DNA of 64,000 nt from the human T2T-CHM13v2.0 reference genome, Homo sapiens: the NCBI RefSeq assembly GCF_009914755.1, contig NC_060930.1; one strand, written 5' to 3'. Shown here one piece after another: positions 25,901 to 40,087 of this stretch (position 1 is the first letter of the stretch; each line of letters opens with the position of its first letter). The notes below the pieces were generated by a model. That model had not been told where the DNA came from and made no database searches. It saw only the letters and a program-made list of their open reading frames with translations. The position numbers and the translations under genes were made by a program.

Positions 25901-28900
25901 TTTGCTTTATATATCTGGATGCTCCACTGTTGGGTGCATATATATTTATAATTTTTATACCCCCTTGCCAAATTGACCTTTTTATTGTTACATAATGACC
26001 TTCTTTTTCTCTTTTTATAGTTTTTGTCTTAAAATCTATTTTTTTCTGATTAAAGTATAGCTGCTCTTGCTCTTTTTTGATTTCTATTGGCATGGAATAT
26101 CTTCTTCCATCCCTTTAGTTTCAGTCTGTGTGTGTGTTTATAGGTGAAGCATGTATCTTACAGGCAACAGATCAATGGGGCTTATTTTTTAGTCCATTCA
26201 GCCATTCTATGTCATTTAATTGGAGAGGTTAGTCTATTTTCATTCAATGTTATTATTGATAAGGTCTTACTACTGCCATTTTGTTATTTGTTTCCTGGTT
26301 GTTTTGTAGTCTTCTCTTCATTCCATCTTTCCTTCCTGTCTTTCGTTTTGTGAAGGCGATTTTCTCTGGTAGTGTGTTTTAATTTCCTGCTTTTTATTTT
26401 TTTGTGTTTTATGTTTTTTGAGTTGAGGTTACCATATGGCTTGCAAATAACGTCTTATAACCCATTATTTTAAACTGATAACAACTTAATGGTGATTTCA
26501 AAAACAAACAAACAAGCAAGCAAAGAGTAAACCAATTAAAATTCTACCCTTTAACTTCAGCACCCCTGCTTTCTTACTTTTTGTTGTTTCTATTTATACT
26601 TTATTATACTTTCTATGGCTTGAAAATTTGTGGTTATTAATTTGATAGATTCTTCTTTAATCTTTCTACTCAAGATATTAGTAATTTACACACCACAATT
26701 ACGGTGTTATAATATTCTGTGTTTGTCTGCTTACTTCTAATAACCAATGAGTTTTGTATCTTCAGATGCTTTTTTTGCTAATTAGCATCCTTTTCTTTCA
26801 GATTGAAGAAATCCCTTTAGCATTTCTTATCAGACAGATGTGCTGTTAATGGAGTTCCTCAGCTTTTGTTTGTCTGAGAAAGTCTTTATTTCTCCTTCAT
26901 GTTTGTAGAATACTTTCACTAGATATACTATCCCAGGATAAAAGTGAGTGTGTGTGTGTGTGTGTTTTTTTTTTCCTTTAGCACTTCAAATATGTTATGC
27001 CACTCTCCCCTGTCCTGTTAGGTTTCCACTGAAGTTTGCTTCCAGACATGTTGGAACTCCTATGTATATTATTTGTTTCTTTTCCCTTACTGCTTTTAGG
27101 ATCCTTTCTTTATCCTTGATCTTTGGGAGTGTGATTATTAAATGTCTTCAGGCAGCCTTCCTTGGGTTAAATCTGCTAGGTATTCTATAACTTTCTTGTG
27201 TTTGAACATTGATATATATCTCTAGGTTTCAGAAGTTCTCTGTCACTATCCCTTTGAATAAACTTTCTACCCCTATCTAGCTCTCTACTCTCCCTTTAGG
27301 GCCAATAACTCTTAGATTTGCCCTCTTGAGGCTACTTTCTGAGTTTCGTAGGCATGCTTTATTCTTTTTTATTCTTTTTTTTCTTTTGTCTCCTCTGACT
27401 GTATTTTCAAATAGCCTGTATTCAAGCTCACTAATTCTTTCTTCTGTTTGATCAGTTCTGCTGTTCAGAGACTCCAATACATTCTCTAATATGTTAATTG
27501 AAATTTTCAGCTCCAGAATTCCTGCTTGATTCTTTTAAATTATTTTAATCTTTGTTAAATTTATTTGATAGGATTCTGAATTCCTTCTCTGTGTTGTCTT
27601 GAATTTCATTAAGCTTCCTTAACACAACTATTTTGAATTCTCTGTATGAAAGATCACATATCTCTTTCACTTTGTGATTGGTTACTGGTGCCTTATTTAG
27701 TTGGTTTGGTGAAATCATGTTTTTTCTGTGTGGTCTTCATGCTTGTGGATGTTGGTTGGTGTCTGGGCTTCAGTGGCTTGGGTATTTATGATCATTTTTG
27801 TGGTCTGGGCCTCTGTATGCTCATCCTTTTTGGGAAGGCTTTCCAGGTATTTGAAGGGACTTGGGTGCTGTGATCTACATCTTTTGTCACTGCAGCTATA
27901 TCTGCCTTAGGGGGCACCTCAAGCCCATAATTCTGTGGCTCTTGCAGACTCATAGAGCTACCACCTTGGAGGTCTTGAGTAGAATCAAGAGCTTCCCCTG
28001 GATTACTAGGTAGAGACTCTTGTTCTCATCCCTGACTTTCTCCCCAAAAAATGAAGTTTTGCTCTCCATGCTAAGCTGCCTGCAGCCTGGTGGGGGAGGA
28101 GTGACACACGACCCCTGTTGCTGCCACCACTGGGGCTGCACTGGGTCAGACCTGAAGCCTACATATCACTGGGTGTCACCCAAGGCCTGCCAGGATCACT
28201 TCCTGGTTACCACCAATGTTACTTCAAGGCTCTAGGACTCTACAATCAGCAAGTGATGAATCCAGCCAGGCTTGTGGCCCTCCCTTCAGGGCAGCAAGCT
28301 CCCCCTTTGTCTAAGGAAGGTCCAGAAATGTCCTGGAGCCATGGCCTGGAGTCAGTAACCTTAGGAATCTACTTGGTGCTCTATTCTACTACAACTGAGC
28401 TGGCACCCACCCAAACCACATGACAAAGTACTTCTTACTCTTCCCTCTCCTTTCCATAAGCAGAAGGAGCCTCTTTCTGTGGCCACCACTGCCCCAGGGC
28501 CATAGCAAGTACTACCTGGCTACTGCCAGTTTTCACTCAAGGACAAAGGGCCATTCAGCCAGCTTGTGATGAATGCTGCTAGGCATGAGTTTCTTACTTC
28601 AGGGCAGTGGACTACCCTCTGGCCCAGAGTCAATCAGGAGTCAAGGCCTGGAATTGAGTACTCCAGGAGCCTGCTTGGTGCTCTTCCTCACTGTGGCTGA
28701 ACTGATAACCAAGCTGCAAGGCTGCAAGGCTAAGTTCACCTTATTCTTCTCTCTCCTTTTCTCAAGCCAAATGAGTCTCTTCTCATGGCCACCACATCTG
28801 TGAATGTGCTGGGTAACACAAAAAGTCAGCATAGTGCAGGGTCTCATTCAAGGCCTGCATTGAGTACTGCCTGGGTAACACTGATGTTTACTCAAGGCCT

Positions 28901-29818
28901 AAGGCTTTTTAGTCAGCAGGTTATGAATCCTGCCAGGACTCAGTCCTTCCCTTTAAGACAGTGGGTATGCTTCTAGCCTAGGGTGTGTCTAGAAATGTCC
29001 AGGAGCTAGGGCTTAGAATGGGGGCCTCAGGAATCTGCCAGGTGCCCTATTCTACGATGGCTGAGCTGGTATCCAACTTGTAAGACAAAATCCTTTTTAC
29101 TATTCCCCTCCACTCCTCAAGCAGAAAGAAGGAGTCTCTCCTGGAGCTGTGAGCTGTGCTGCCTGAGGCTGGGAGAGGGGCAACACAAGCACTCACTTGG
29201 TTACGCTCGCCAATGGCTCACTAGCTTGCATGCATCCCAAATTCACTGGCTTTGAGCCTAGCACAACACCAGGACATGTCTAGGAATTTCAGCTCTTTTC
29301 TACACCGCCTTTCAAGTTTATTTAGGATCTCAGAGCACTTTAGCCCATAGTGTCAGGGCTTTTGGGAACTCACATTCCAACCACTGGGATAGATGATTTC
29401 CCTCTGGCTAGGGCTGGTCTAAATGGTCACCAGCCCTGTGGCCTCTGCAGTCACTGGCGATTTCTGCCCTGTGTTGCTTTCCACTCTGACAGGCAGCACT
29501 GAGTTCCAATGCAAAGTCCCACAATCACTGTGCTCTCCCTCGCTCAAGTGCACAGATTCTCTGTCTGCACCACACAGCTGCTCCTGCTCCAGGGGGTTGC
29601 AGGAAGAGTGGTGTTGGCAATTCAAGTCTGTCTTTTCTTCCCTTTTCAGTGCTTCTTTTATTGATGTAATGTTAAAACCAGGTACTGTGGTCATTCACCT
29701 GATTTTTGGTTCTTATAAAAGTGCTTTCTTTTGTAGATGGTTGTTCAATTTGGTGTTCCTGCATGGAGAGGGGCAGCATTTGCTGGAGGCTTCTATTCAG
29801 TTATCTTGTTCTGCTTCC
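22985..29818 (-). mobile_element. near full-length L1MA (L1MA3/4-like 3' end, L1M1-type 5' UTR), inactive, with internal deletions
   Basis: 5' start (minus) 'gggaagcagaacaagataactgaatagaagcctcc'; ORF1 remnant 27277-27477 (ERISELEYRLFEN...NLRVIG); ORF2 ATG ~26279; endonuclease remnants 25875-26093 (INIYAPN) and 25538-25888 (IIAGDFNT...SDHNG); 3' UTR to ~22985. Confidence 0.93.
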
Positions 29819-29820
29819 CA

Positions 29821-30406
29821 GCCTTTTTTATTGTTTTGATAATAGTCCTCTCGACTGGGTTGAGATGAATCTATTTGTGCTTTTAATTTGCATTTCCCTG
29901 ATGATTAATGACAGTGAACTTTTTTTTTCATATAGTTGTTGACCATTTGTATGTCATCTTTTGAGAAATGTCTGTTCAGATCCTTTGCCCATTTTTAATT
30001 GGTTTATTTGTGGGGTTTTCCTCTTTCGCTGTTGAGTTGTTTGATTTCCTTGTATATTCTTAAAAGTAATCCTTGTCAGATACATAGTTTACACACATTT
30101 TCTCCCATTCTGTAGCTTGTCTCTTCATTCTGTTGATTATTTCCTTTTCTGTGCAGAAGCTTTGTAATTTGATGTAATCTCATTTGTCTATTTTTGCTTT
30201 TGTTTCTTGTGCTTTTGAAGTCTAGTCTAATCTTAAAAATCCTTGCTCAGACCAATATCATAAAGCATTTCTTCTGGGTTTTCTTCTAGTAGTTTCATAG
30301 TGTTAGATCTTACATTTAAATATTATTCCATATTGAGTTTATTTTTGTAAGTGATGAGAAATAGAGGCCTAGTTTCATTCTTCTGCATATGAATATTCAA
30401 TTTTTC
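29821..30406 (-). mobile_element. host L1MA ORF2 C-terminal region, part 2
   Basis: 'ttttgataatagtcctctcgactgggttgagatga...' is the direct continuation of the L1 sequence interrupted at 22260. Confidence 0.9.
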
Positions 30407-31574
30407 ACAAATTGTTAACAAAATATTAACAAACTGAATCCAACAGTACCTCAAAAATATTTTTCACCGTGATCAAGTGGGATTATTCCAGAGATGGAAG
30501 GATGATTCAACATATGCAAATCAATAAGCATCATACATCATATTAACAGAATAAAGGACAAGAGCCATATGATTATCTCAACAGATGCAGATAAAGCATT
30601 TGATATAATTCAACATTCCTTTATGATAAAAACCCTGCACAAATTAAAAATAGAAGGAACATGCCTCGACACAGTAATGGTCATACATGACAAACCCACA
30701 GCTAACATATTGAATGGGAAAAGTTGAAAGCTTTTCCTCTAAAATCTGAAATAAGACAAGAATGCCCATTCTCATCACTCTTATTCAATATAGTACTGGA
30801 AGACTTAGCAAGAGCAATTAGGCAAGATTAAGAAATAAAGGGCATCTAAATTGGAAAGGAAGAAGTTAAATTGTCCTCTTTGCAAATTATATGACTTTAT
30901 ATGTAGAAAATCTGATGGACTCCACAAAAAACTCTTAGAAATAATAAGAAAGATCAGTAAATTTGTGGGACACAAAATGAACATCCCCCAAATTAGTACC
31001 TTTTCTAAATGCCAATAGCAAACTATTTGAAAAGGAAATCAAGAAAACAATCCCACTGATAATAGCTATAAAAAATACAATACCTAGGAATAAATTTAAT
31101 CAAGGGGGTGGAAGATCTCTACATTAAAAACTATAAAATATTGATAAAATAAATTAAAGAGGACACAAATAAATGAAAAGATATCTTGCATTCATGGATT
31201 GGAAGAATTAATATTTTTTAAATGTCCATATTACCCAAAGTAATCTGCAGCTTCAATGTAATCCCTATGAAAACAACAATGATTTTCTTCACAGATATAG
31301 AAAAACAATCCTAAAATTTATATGGAACCACAAAAGACTCAGAATAGCTAAAGCAATCTTGAACAAAAAGAACAAAGCTGGAGGCATCACACTACCTGAC
31401 TTCAAAATATGCTGCAAAGGAATAGTAACCAAAACAGCACGATACTGGCATGAAAACAGACATAGAGACCAAAGGAACAGCATAGTGAACCTAGAAATAA
31501 ATCTATGCATTTGTAGTCAACTGTTCTGACAAAGGCCCCAAGGGCACACACTGGGGAAAGGACAGTATCATCAA
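30407..31574 (+). mobile_element. 5'-inverted segment of host L1MA (ORF2 RT region)
   Basis: sense-strand ORF2 'aacaaaatattaacaaactgaatccaacag...tttgcaaattatatg...ctggggaaaggacagtatcatcaa', ending ~12 nt upstream (in L1 coordinates) of where the minus segment begins. Confidence 0.9.
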
Positions 31575-31619
31575 ACAACAACAACAACAACAAAAAAAAC
31601 AACCACTTCTTACTGATAT

Positions 31620-31830
31620 TCTCACATAGCTGTCTCATCTGATCTGCACTGAAATCTAATGAGTAGTGTGGATTAGTATTATTATACCATTGTACGCACA
31701 TAAATTAAGGCATTGAGGAGTTGGGTGGCCTAATCAAATTCACAGGTAGTACATGAAAAATGGGAAGTCAGCCAGGTCTTCCCACGCTAATCCCACACAC
31801 CACATGTTCTCTAGTACCCTCTATGCTACC
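31620..31830 (-). mobile_element. MIR SINE (diverged)
   Basis: 'ctcatctgatc...attattataccattgtac...aaattaaggcattgaggagttgggtggcc...ccaggtcttcc'. Confidence 0.55.
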
Positions 31831-32084
31831 ACTGAAAAAAAGAAGACATAATATTGTATTATTTTATGATTAAGATTTTAAAAATGAAAATGGTCAGAAT
31901 GAAAAAAATATTACTTAGGAAAAGAATATTTAAAAAGGTACATAGAACTTTATGAAACAAATCTTGCCTTTAAATACTTGGAATACAAAACTCATGGCCT
32001 ATTTGCTAACAGAGGAACCTATTTCTATTTAAGCATGTTTCTTTCTCTAGGCTACCACATTAACTGAGCTTACGTATTTATACA

Positions 32085-32690
32085 TTAATTATTTCATCTA
32101 TTCAACCAACATTTATGAGCACCCGTTGATACCAACCAGAAGAATAAAAGATAAATAAGATGGAGTACCTGTCTCAAGAAGTTCACTAATAGCAGGCAAG
32201 AAGATGTATTAATAGACAATGAAACACAGTAACATCAAATGCATTGATAGAAAATAGACACAGTGCTATAGGAGCACCAAGATGAGTCATATAATTCATT
32301 CTGGAACTGGGATCATGAACGATTTTCTTAGAGGTTGACCTGAGCTCATTTATAGGTTGAAGAAGTAAGACAGTAAGACCAACATAAGTGTAGAGTATAG
32401 ATAGAGAGGAAAGACACGTGTGTTTGTGAGTATGTGTGTGTGTATTTCAACTATAATCAAGTGTATATCTTGCAGAAGCATAATTACAAAATAAGGGGTG
32501 CAGAAAATATGACCAAAATATGAAAGGTCTTGTCTGTCATCCTGCCAAGGAGTTCCAACTTTATGGTAGAGATTCACAATGGAGGAATCATTAAAGAACA
32601 TGTCATTAATATATTTGCATTCAGATAGGTGTCCCTGGCTATTGGGTGAAAAAAAAATGGACTTAAATAGCTGGACTGGAAGTATTTTAA
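32085..32690 (-). mobile_element. L2 3' region
   Basis: 'ttcaaccaacatttatgagcacc...gtctcaagaagttcac...cagtgctataggagcacca'. Confidence 0.7.
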
Positions 32691-33829
32691 TTATCTTTAG
32701 GACAGGTTATCCTCTGAAGCAAATACTAATCTAATTCATATATTCATGTGAATGAAACAATGGCAAAACAAATGAATAACAACAAACCTTACAAGACTAG
32801 AACATAAGTCAATTTTCTCATATTTTATAGTTTTGTTTACATAAACAGTGTCTGAGGATTTTGAGACTTTAGATTCTGTGAATTTCAAGTTCATTGGGTA
32901 AGAGTAAATAAGTGATTAAATGATGAAAAACAGGTATTCAACAATAATATCATTAAAAAGAGACATTAACTGCTCAACACACAAAAGGTAACTTTTAGTA
33001 AGAAGGTGTTTCTGAAAATAATCTGTAAGGAAGAATTTAAAAGAAGGTTGCTGGGAGCCTGTGATATGAGATGGTGAGTGATTAAGTTTGACAGATGAGG
33101 GCATACCAAGTTGGTGTAGCACCTGGACATTTGGATCACATGATTGGAGGTTTTTATCTAAATGGATTTCTGCTTGTGAAAGAGCTCTAGTATCTTGAGA
33201 CAATAGAGGATTAAGAATCCAACCAATGCTTCAAAATGAGAGGACTAGAAGGAGTTAATACAATGGACAAAGTTTTATTTCTCTTATATTTTTCACACAT
33301 AAAATGATGAATACAGATATACCTTGGATTTAAAATCCCACAAGGAAATTGTATACTATATTTGGGGTGACAAATTGTTTTCTATTGATCAGTGTTTCTA
33401 GGACCAGAGAACTAGGCAAGAAGAAAGATCAATCTCAAGCTTTAAAAGCTCAGATTGAGTTTCTGCAGATGGTATTAAGTGTCTTTCTGAATGATAGTAG
33501 TTGCTCTAGTATAAAAAATGATATTGTTGAAAATACTCAAAAGACAAAAAATGGTGAATATTTTATCCAAATTTTGCCCCAAAGATAATGGTAGCTCTGT
33601 ATTGCCTGACATGCTGTTACAAGCAAAAATAAAATTTTAGGACATAAGAGAGTTTTGAGGGAGTTCCCCTTGGCTCTTTCTATGGATCAAGTGAGGAGTC
33701 TCAAGGAGTAACTTGCATTTAAATTTACCGCTAAAAGGAAAAAGCAGGTAGAAGATTCCTTTTAAGGAAAAATACCATATTTATCCAAAATTGATCTTTT
33801 AAAAATTCTATATCTAGTTGTCCTGACCA

Positions 33830-33935
33830 CTTTAATTGTTCTTAAACTTTGTTGGACATCAGAATCACTTGAACTTGTTGAATAAATATCTCTGAGCTCC
33901 ACCCAAAAACTACTGAGTTGGATTTCAGGGAATGT
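33830..33935. mobile_element. MER5-family fragment
   Basis: 'ttgttcttaaactttgttggacatcagaatcacttg...ctccacccaaaaactactgagt'. Confidence 0.55.
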
Positions 33936-36429
33936 CTCAGAGATAATATATGCTTTGTGAAACATAAAAAGAGCATTTTTTTTTACATTGGTGAGTTATG
34001 GCATGTGCAATAAAGTAAGTTTTAAAAACTGATGGCTACTGTCCCTTGCCTTTGGTCCAGTAATACATATATACTTTTTCAATTTTGTTGAAAAGGGAAT
34101 TTAAAGGAAAGGTTAGTACTAGTTAGTGTAGTCAAAGATTATTAATCGTGGCAGTTAAAGTTAGTTAAATTTTAGGATTCAGTTGTCCAAAGAGAAAATA
34201 ATAGTTATGATAACATTTGAATTTTTGCATTGGTTGTTATCTGAGACTTGCTCTTTGTAGAAATATAGGTCTGAAGCGGGAGAAGTGGTCTTAAGTCTGC
34301 AGCTTTGGATAGGAACTACAACTAAGAAGAGGATAAATTTAAACAATACATGCAATTTGAAATCATTGACACAGACATTTGAGAGCTAGGAGAGGGAAAT
34401 GTCAAAGATTACTAAGGCTTTTGGTTATCACTGCCCTCTGGAGAAGGGAGCCTACCTGTATCTCCTGAATACAGCAAACGTCAGGGGTCTAGAAATTATC
34501 ACAGTTGCCTAATATAGTCAAATTTCTGTATTTGATGGAAATTTATTTATCTTGGGGATTGTTATAAAGTTGATTTAGTTCTTTGTATTTTGTATTCTAC
34601 AATTGTTACATACAAATTGACTTGAGTACTAGTTTCCTGTTTTAAAAAAATTATTTATTTCTACTTAGCACTGAAAGGAAGTTAAATTAAAGATTGTTGA
34701 TTACGTATTCTTTGTTAGGATTAATTGTCTTTGGGTGTTTGAGCACCTCCCTCAAATAATGACTAAATAGAACTTAAAAATAAAAACTTCAAAAATTCAC
34801 AAAATTAGGTGTTCTGGACTGCCTTTACTTGCTTTTAGGAGGTGCACACATTGGAACATGGAAATGAATTTTATACAAATATCTGTTCTTTCTCTGTGTA
34901 TGTTCTTTGGCCAATATTACATTTGTGTGATATTTATAAGATAGAGGAAATTGATTAACTATCAAAAAAAGATTAAAAAAGGAAATGACACACTTTCTAG
35001 AACACTCTGTGATGACCTGTGAGTTGCAGAACATCAAGCTTGTTTTCACAATGGAAACTTTCATTTCCTGTATTAAAAAACAGACCATAGTACAATGATT
35101 CCAGAGAAAAGCTTAAAAAAAGAAGTGCCTTCCTAAGTGATTTTTAGTGCTCTTGTAAGAAAATATATTATAAAATAAGAAATAAAACTTTTCATAATCA
35201 CACATGCATTTTTTATTTCCATATTTTTTACCAATAAATTACTCCAATCTGCAGGAGTTTAACAGTAATAGTTTTGTGTTTCTCCATGTAGGCTACACAG
35301 AGGATAAATAAAGAAATAGGTTGATTATAGAAGTAGGTAACACCAACCTACACAAAAGAGTGTGGTATGACTCACAGTCTCACTGAGTGATTTCGCTTTC
35401 TTCATTCCTTAAGTAAGGAACCTATTTAACCTTTGTGCATTCTAAAATACACTGGTTTGCCCAACTGCCTCCCCTTTGTTTGTCACCCACTTGACTGGCC
35501 TAATTGTATGATCAGTGATGATTATGCACGTGTCTTTTGGTATGTATTCTGAGGGACACAACATTTGTAGTAGTTCAAGCCTTCTGAAAACACAAACACC
35601 AGGATAACAGCGTTAACAGCATGGCAAGATATTATGGAAGATGTGGAGAGAGAGGGAAGAAGCATCTAGAATGAAAGAGTAGGTGAGTTCAGAAGATTTT
35701 ATCAAAGGGACAGCAAATGAAGGGGTAAAAACCCACATGGAATGACAAATGCTCAAAAAGGTGAAAGCTTGGAGTCTTCCCTGTCTTTTATCCCCAGGAG
35801 TCCCAGACAATATATGATATATAGTGTTAACCTGTGCTCAGCAGCATCCTCACTTTTGGTACTTGGTATTCTTTATTGTGTCCAGAAATTATTTGCAGGC
35901 ACATCTCTTTTCTAGAGGAAGTATTCAGGTAAAGGATTCCTCAACTTAACTATTAGCATCAGACTTTCAGCAAACGCCATCATTTTTTGCCTTACGCATT
36001 TCGCAACCAGCTTTCATTTTCAAGGGAAATAGAAGGTTAGGTTCTGCAAATTGAGGTAACATACCTTCTGAGCTTTTGAGGTTTCGAGGGAAATATAGTA
36101 CAGCATCAACTTAACTCTGAGGTGGGGTGGGGGGCGGTCAAACATTGATTAAATTACTAATGTACTTGTTTATAGAATAAATATGTAAGTTTATACTAAA
36201 TACTAATATACTGATATGGGATAAAATGTACGTATACATTTTAAGATGAAATAGAAAACTTTAAATAAAGTTTAAACTGAGAGTTTAAAAGAAATAGTTG
36301 GAAGCAGAATCAGAATAACACCTTATAAAGCACAACAAAGTAGAAAAAAATGAGAAAACAATAGAGGATAAAAGAATATAAAAATATATTAAAAGCAAGT
36401 AAATGGCATTAGTCCTTAGCAGAATTAAA

Positions 36430-37170
36430 CTGTTTTTCTATCTTATTTTTCTTTGTTTCACTGGTATATTAATTCTATTAAAGGAACAATTCTGTACTTT
36501 CATTTTTTTCTTTGTATACAGCTTTTGTTGTCAGATCACATTTACCAATTTTACTCAATATCTAATTGTAAGATTTTAGTTTTATCTCTTTTTTCTCTTT
36601 TATGAATTAACTTTGTATGTTCACATTATCTTGTTTGTTTAATTTTGTCTAAATTTTGCCATACATAGAGACACAAATGATTTTGTATCCAGCCATGTTG
36701 CTAAATGCACTTATTAATTATAATGGTTTGTAGATTCTTTTGACTCTTTCTATATATACAAAATTAGGAATAATAAAGAACTTTTTCCAAATTTTTAGGA
36801 TTTAAACATTTTTGTTCTAACCTTATTACACTGATTAGGACCTCAAGTATAATGTTGAATAAAAATGGCAATAGAAGGCATAGTCTATATGATGTCAATT
36901 CTTCGATATTTTTGGAAACTTGTTCTATGGTTCAAACAATCAGTTTTGGTAAATATATCAAACATGCTTGAGAAAAATGCCAATATCAAGGGCAGTATTC
37001 TAAATATCTCAATTAAGGCAAGTTTATCAAATTTAGGGATGTTCAAGTCATTTGTATCTTTATTGCTTTTGTATTTACCTCTTCTATCAGTTACCAAGAG
37101 TGATGTGTTAAATCTTCCAACTGTAATTTTGGATTTCCCTATTTTTTCTTTTTTTATTTCTGATTTTTAA
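36430..37170 (-). mobile_element. old L1M ORF2 fragments (rearranged)
   Basis: 'ttttgtatccagccatgttgctaaat...ggacctcaagtataatgttgaata' and EN-like ORF 36885-37097 (DLN...IEIFRIL...FTKTD). Confidence 0.65.
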
Positions 37171-37184
37171 ATTCATGTTTTTAA

Positions 37185-38240
<1,056 letters not shown>

Positions 38241-40072
38241 TGTCTTAGTCTTTTTAGTGCTGCTATAACAGAATACCACAGTCTGAGTAATTTATAACGA
38301 ATAGAAATTTATTTCTTACAGTTCTGGAGGCTGGAAAGTCTAAGACCAAAGTGCCAGCATCTGATGAGGGCCTTCTTGCTGCATTATCCCATGTGGAAAA
38401 GCAAAAAAAAAGGAGAGAGGGAGTGAGAAAGGGAGAGGAGGAAAGAGGGAGTGGGAAAGGGTGATGGGGAGAGAGGGAGTGAGAAAGGGAGAAGGGGAGA
38501 GAAGGAGCGAGAAAGGGACGGGGAGAGAGGGAGTGAGAAAGGGAGTGGGGAGAGAGGGAGCAGGAAAGGGAGAGCGGGAGAGAGGGAGCAAGAAAGGGAG
38601 AGGGAGTGAGAAAGGGAGAGGGGGAGAGAGGGAGCAGGAAAGGGAGAGGGGGAGAGAGGTAGTAGGAAAGAGAGGGGGGGAGAGAGAGAGAGAGAGAGAG
38701 AAGAGAACTGAACTTATTATTCTCACTCCCAAGCTGACACACCCATTCCTGGAAAAAAAAAAAAAAAAAAGCAGCATTAGGCTATTCATCAAGGTTCTAT
38801 CTTCTAACATCGTCACATTAAGGATCAAATTTTCAACAGAAAAACTTTGGGGGAACACATTCGCATCATATCATCTGCTTCTGGTCCCTCAAATTCATGT
38901 CCTTCTCATGTGCAAACTACGTTCATTCTATTCCAATAGCCCCCAAAGTCTTAACTCATTCTAGCAGGAACTCTAAAATCCAAAGTCTCCTTTAAAATCA
39001 GATATAAATGAGATTCAAAACATGATTCATTCTGAGACAAGTTCTCCTCCATCTGTGAGACTGAAATAAAAATGTATCCACTTCTAAAATACAATGGTGG
39101 GACAGGCTAGACATTTCCATTTCAAAAGGGATAAATAAATGAAAAGAAAGGGGAAACTGGTTCCAAGTAAGTCCTAAAGCCAACAAGACAAACAGCATGA
39201 AATCTTAATACTCCAGAATAATCTTTAACTCTTTGTATTACCTCTGGGCACACTGGAGCAAGGGTTTGGCCCCCAAAGACTTGGATAGCCCTGCCCCCCA
39301 TGGCTTTGCTGGGCTCAGCCCATGAAGCAGCTCTTATGGGGAGGCTCATCCCTGCAGCTCTCCCAGACTGGAATTTCAAGCTGGTAGCTTTACAGCTCTG
39401 TGGTTTCAGGGGTGGTCCCATCCCCACCACTTTACTAAGCCTAGTAGGGACTCCGAAGTGGCTTCAACCTTACAGCTCTGCTGGGAATTGCCCTAGTGGG
39501 AACTCTGTGGTGGCACCCCTCCTGCAGCAGGATTTTGCCTAAGCCCCCAGGCTGCCTGATACATCCTTTAAAATCCAGGTGGCTGCCATGGCCCAATAGC
39601 CCACACACTCTGCGGGCCTGTAGAATTAGCACTATGTGGATGCTGCCAAGGTTTATTGCTTGCACTCTCCAGAGTAGCAGTCCAAGCTGCACCTAGTCCC
39701 ACTTAAGCCATGGCTGGGGTGACTGAGGGGTGCTCTGCCAGAATGTGGGGAGCAGAGATGGGACATGAGGTGGCACAGGGCAACAAACGCTGAGGTCTCA
39801 AGGGTGCCTCTCTGAAAACCTTGCCCCAAGGCCTTGCTCTGGGCCTGTGATCAGAGGTGCAGCCTCAAAGATCTCTGAAATGCTTCCTGGCTTATTCTCC
39901 CATTGTCTTGATGAATAACAACAGCCTCTCTTTTCTATACCAATTTTTTTCTTAGTCCATTTTGTGTTACTATGACAGAATATCACAGGTTAGGTAATTT
40001 ATAATAAATAGAAATTTATTTCTCATAGTTCTGGAGGCTGGGAAGTCCAAGATCAAAGTGCCAGTATCTTGA
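38241..40072 (-). mobile_element. MSTC/MSTD MaLR: LTR 38241-38873, internal 38874-39947, truncated second LTR 39948-40072
   Basis: two copies of 'cttagtc...tatxacagaata...gaaatttatttct...gttctggaggctgg(a/g)aagtc...caaagtgccag' flanking MaLR internal sequence ('ccccaaagtcttaactcatt...aaaatacaatggtgggacagg'). Confidence 0.85.
38411..38706. repeat. purine-rich minisatellite (~27-29 bp unit GGGGAGAGAGGGAG(T/C)(G/A)(A/G)GAAAGGGAGA) ending in (GA)n
   Basis: about ten imperfect units read directly, inside the MST LTR. Confidence 0.9.
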
Positions 40073-40087
40073 GAGAGACACACATAC

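Noticed and set aside
25538-27477. ORFs with endonuclease and ORF1-like motifs
   Set aside because: Frameshifted remnants of a dead L1, not genes
38263-38964. Longest ORFs in the track (159-172 aa; L/S/P- or G/E/R-rich)
   Set aside because: Stop-free translations of the GA minisatellite inside an MST LTR
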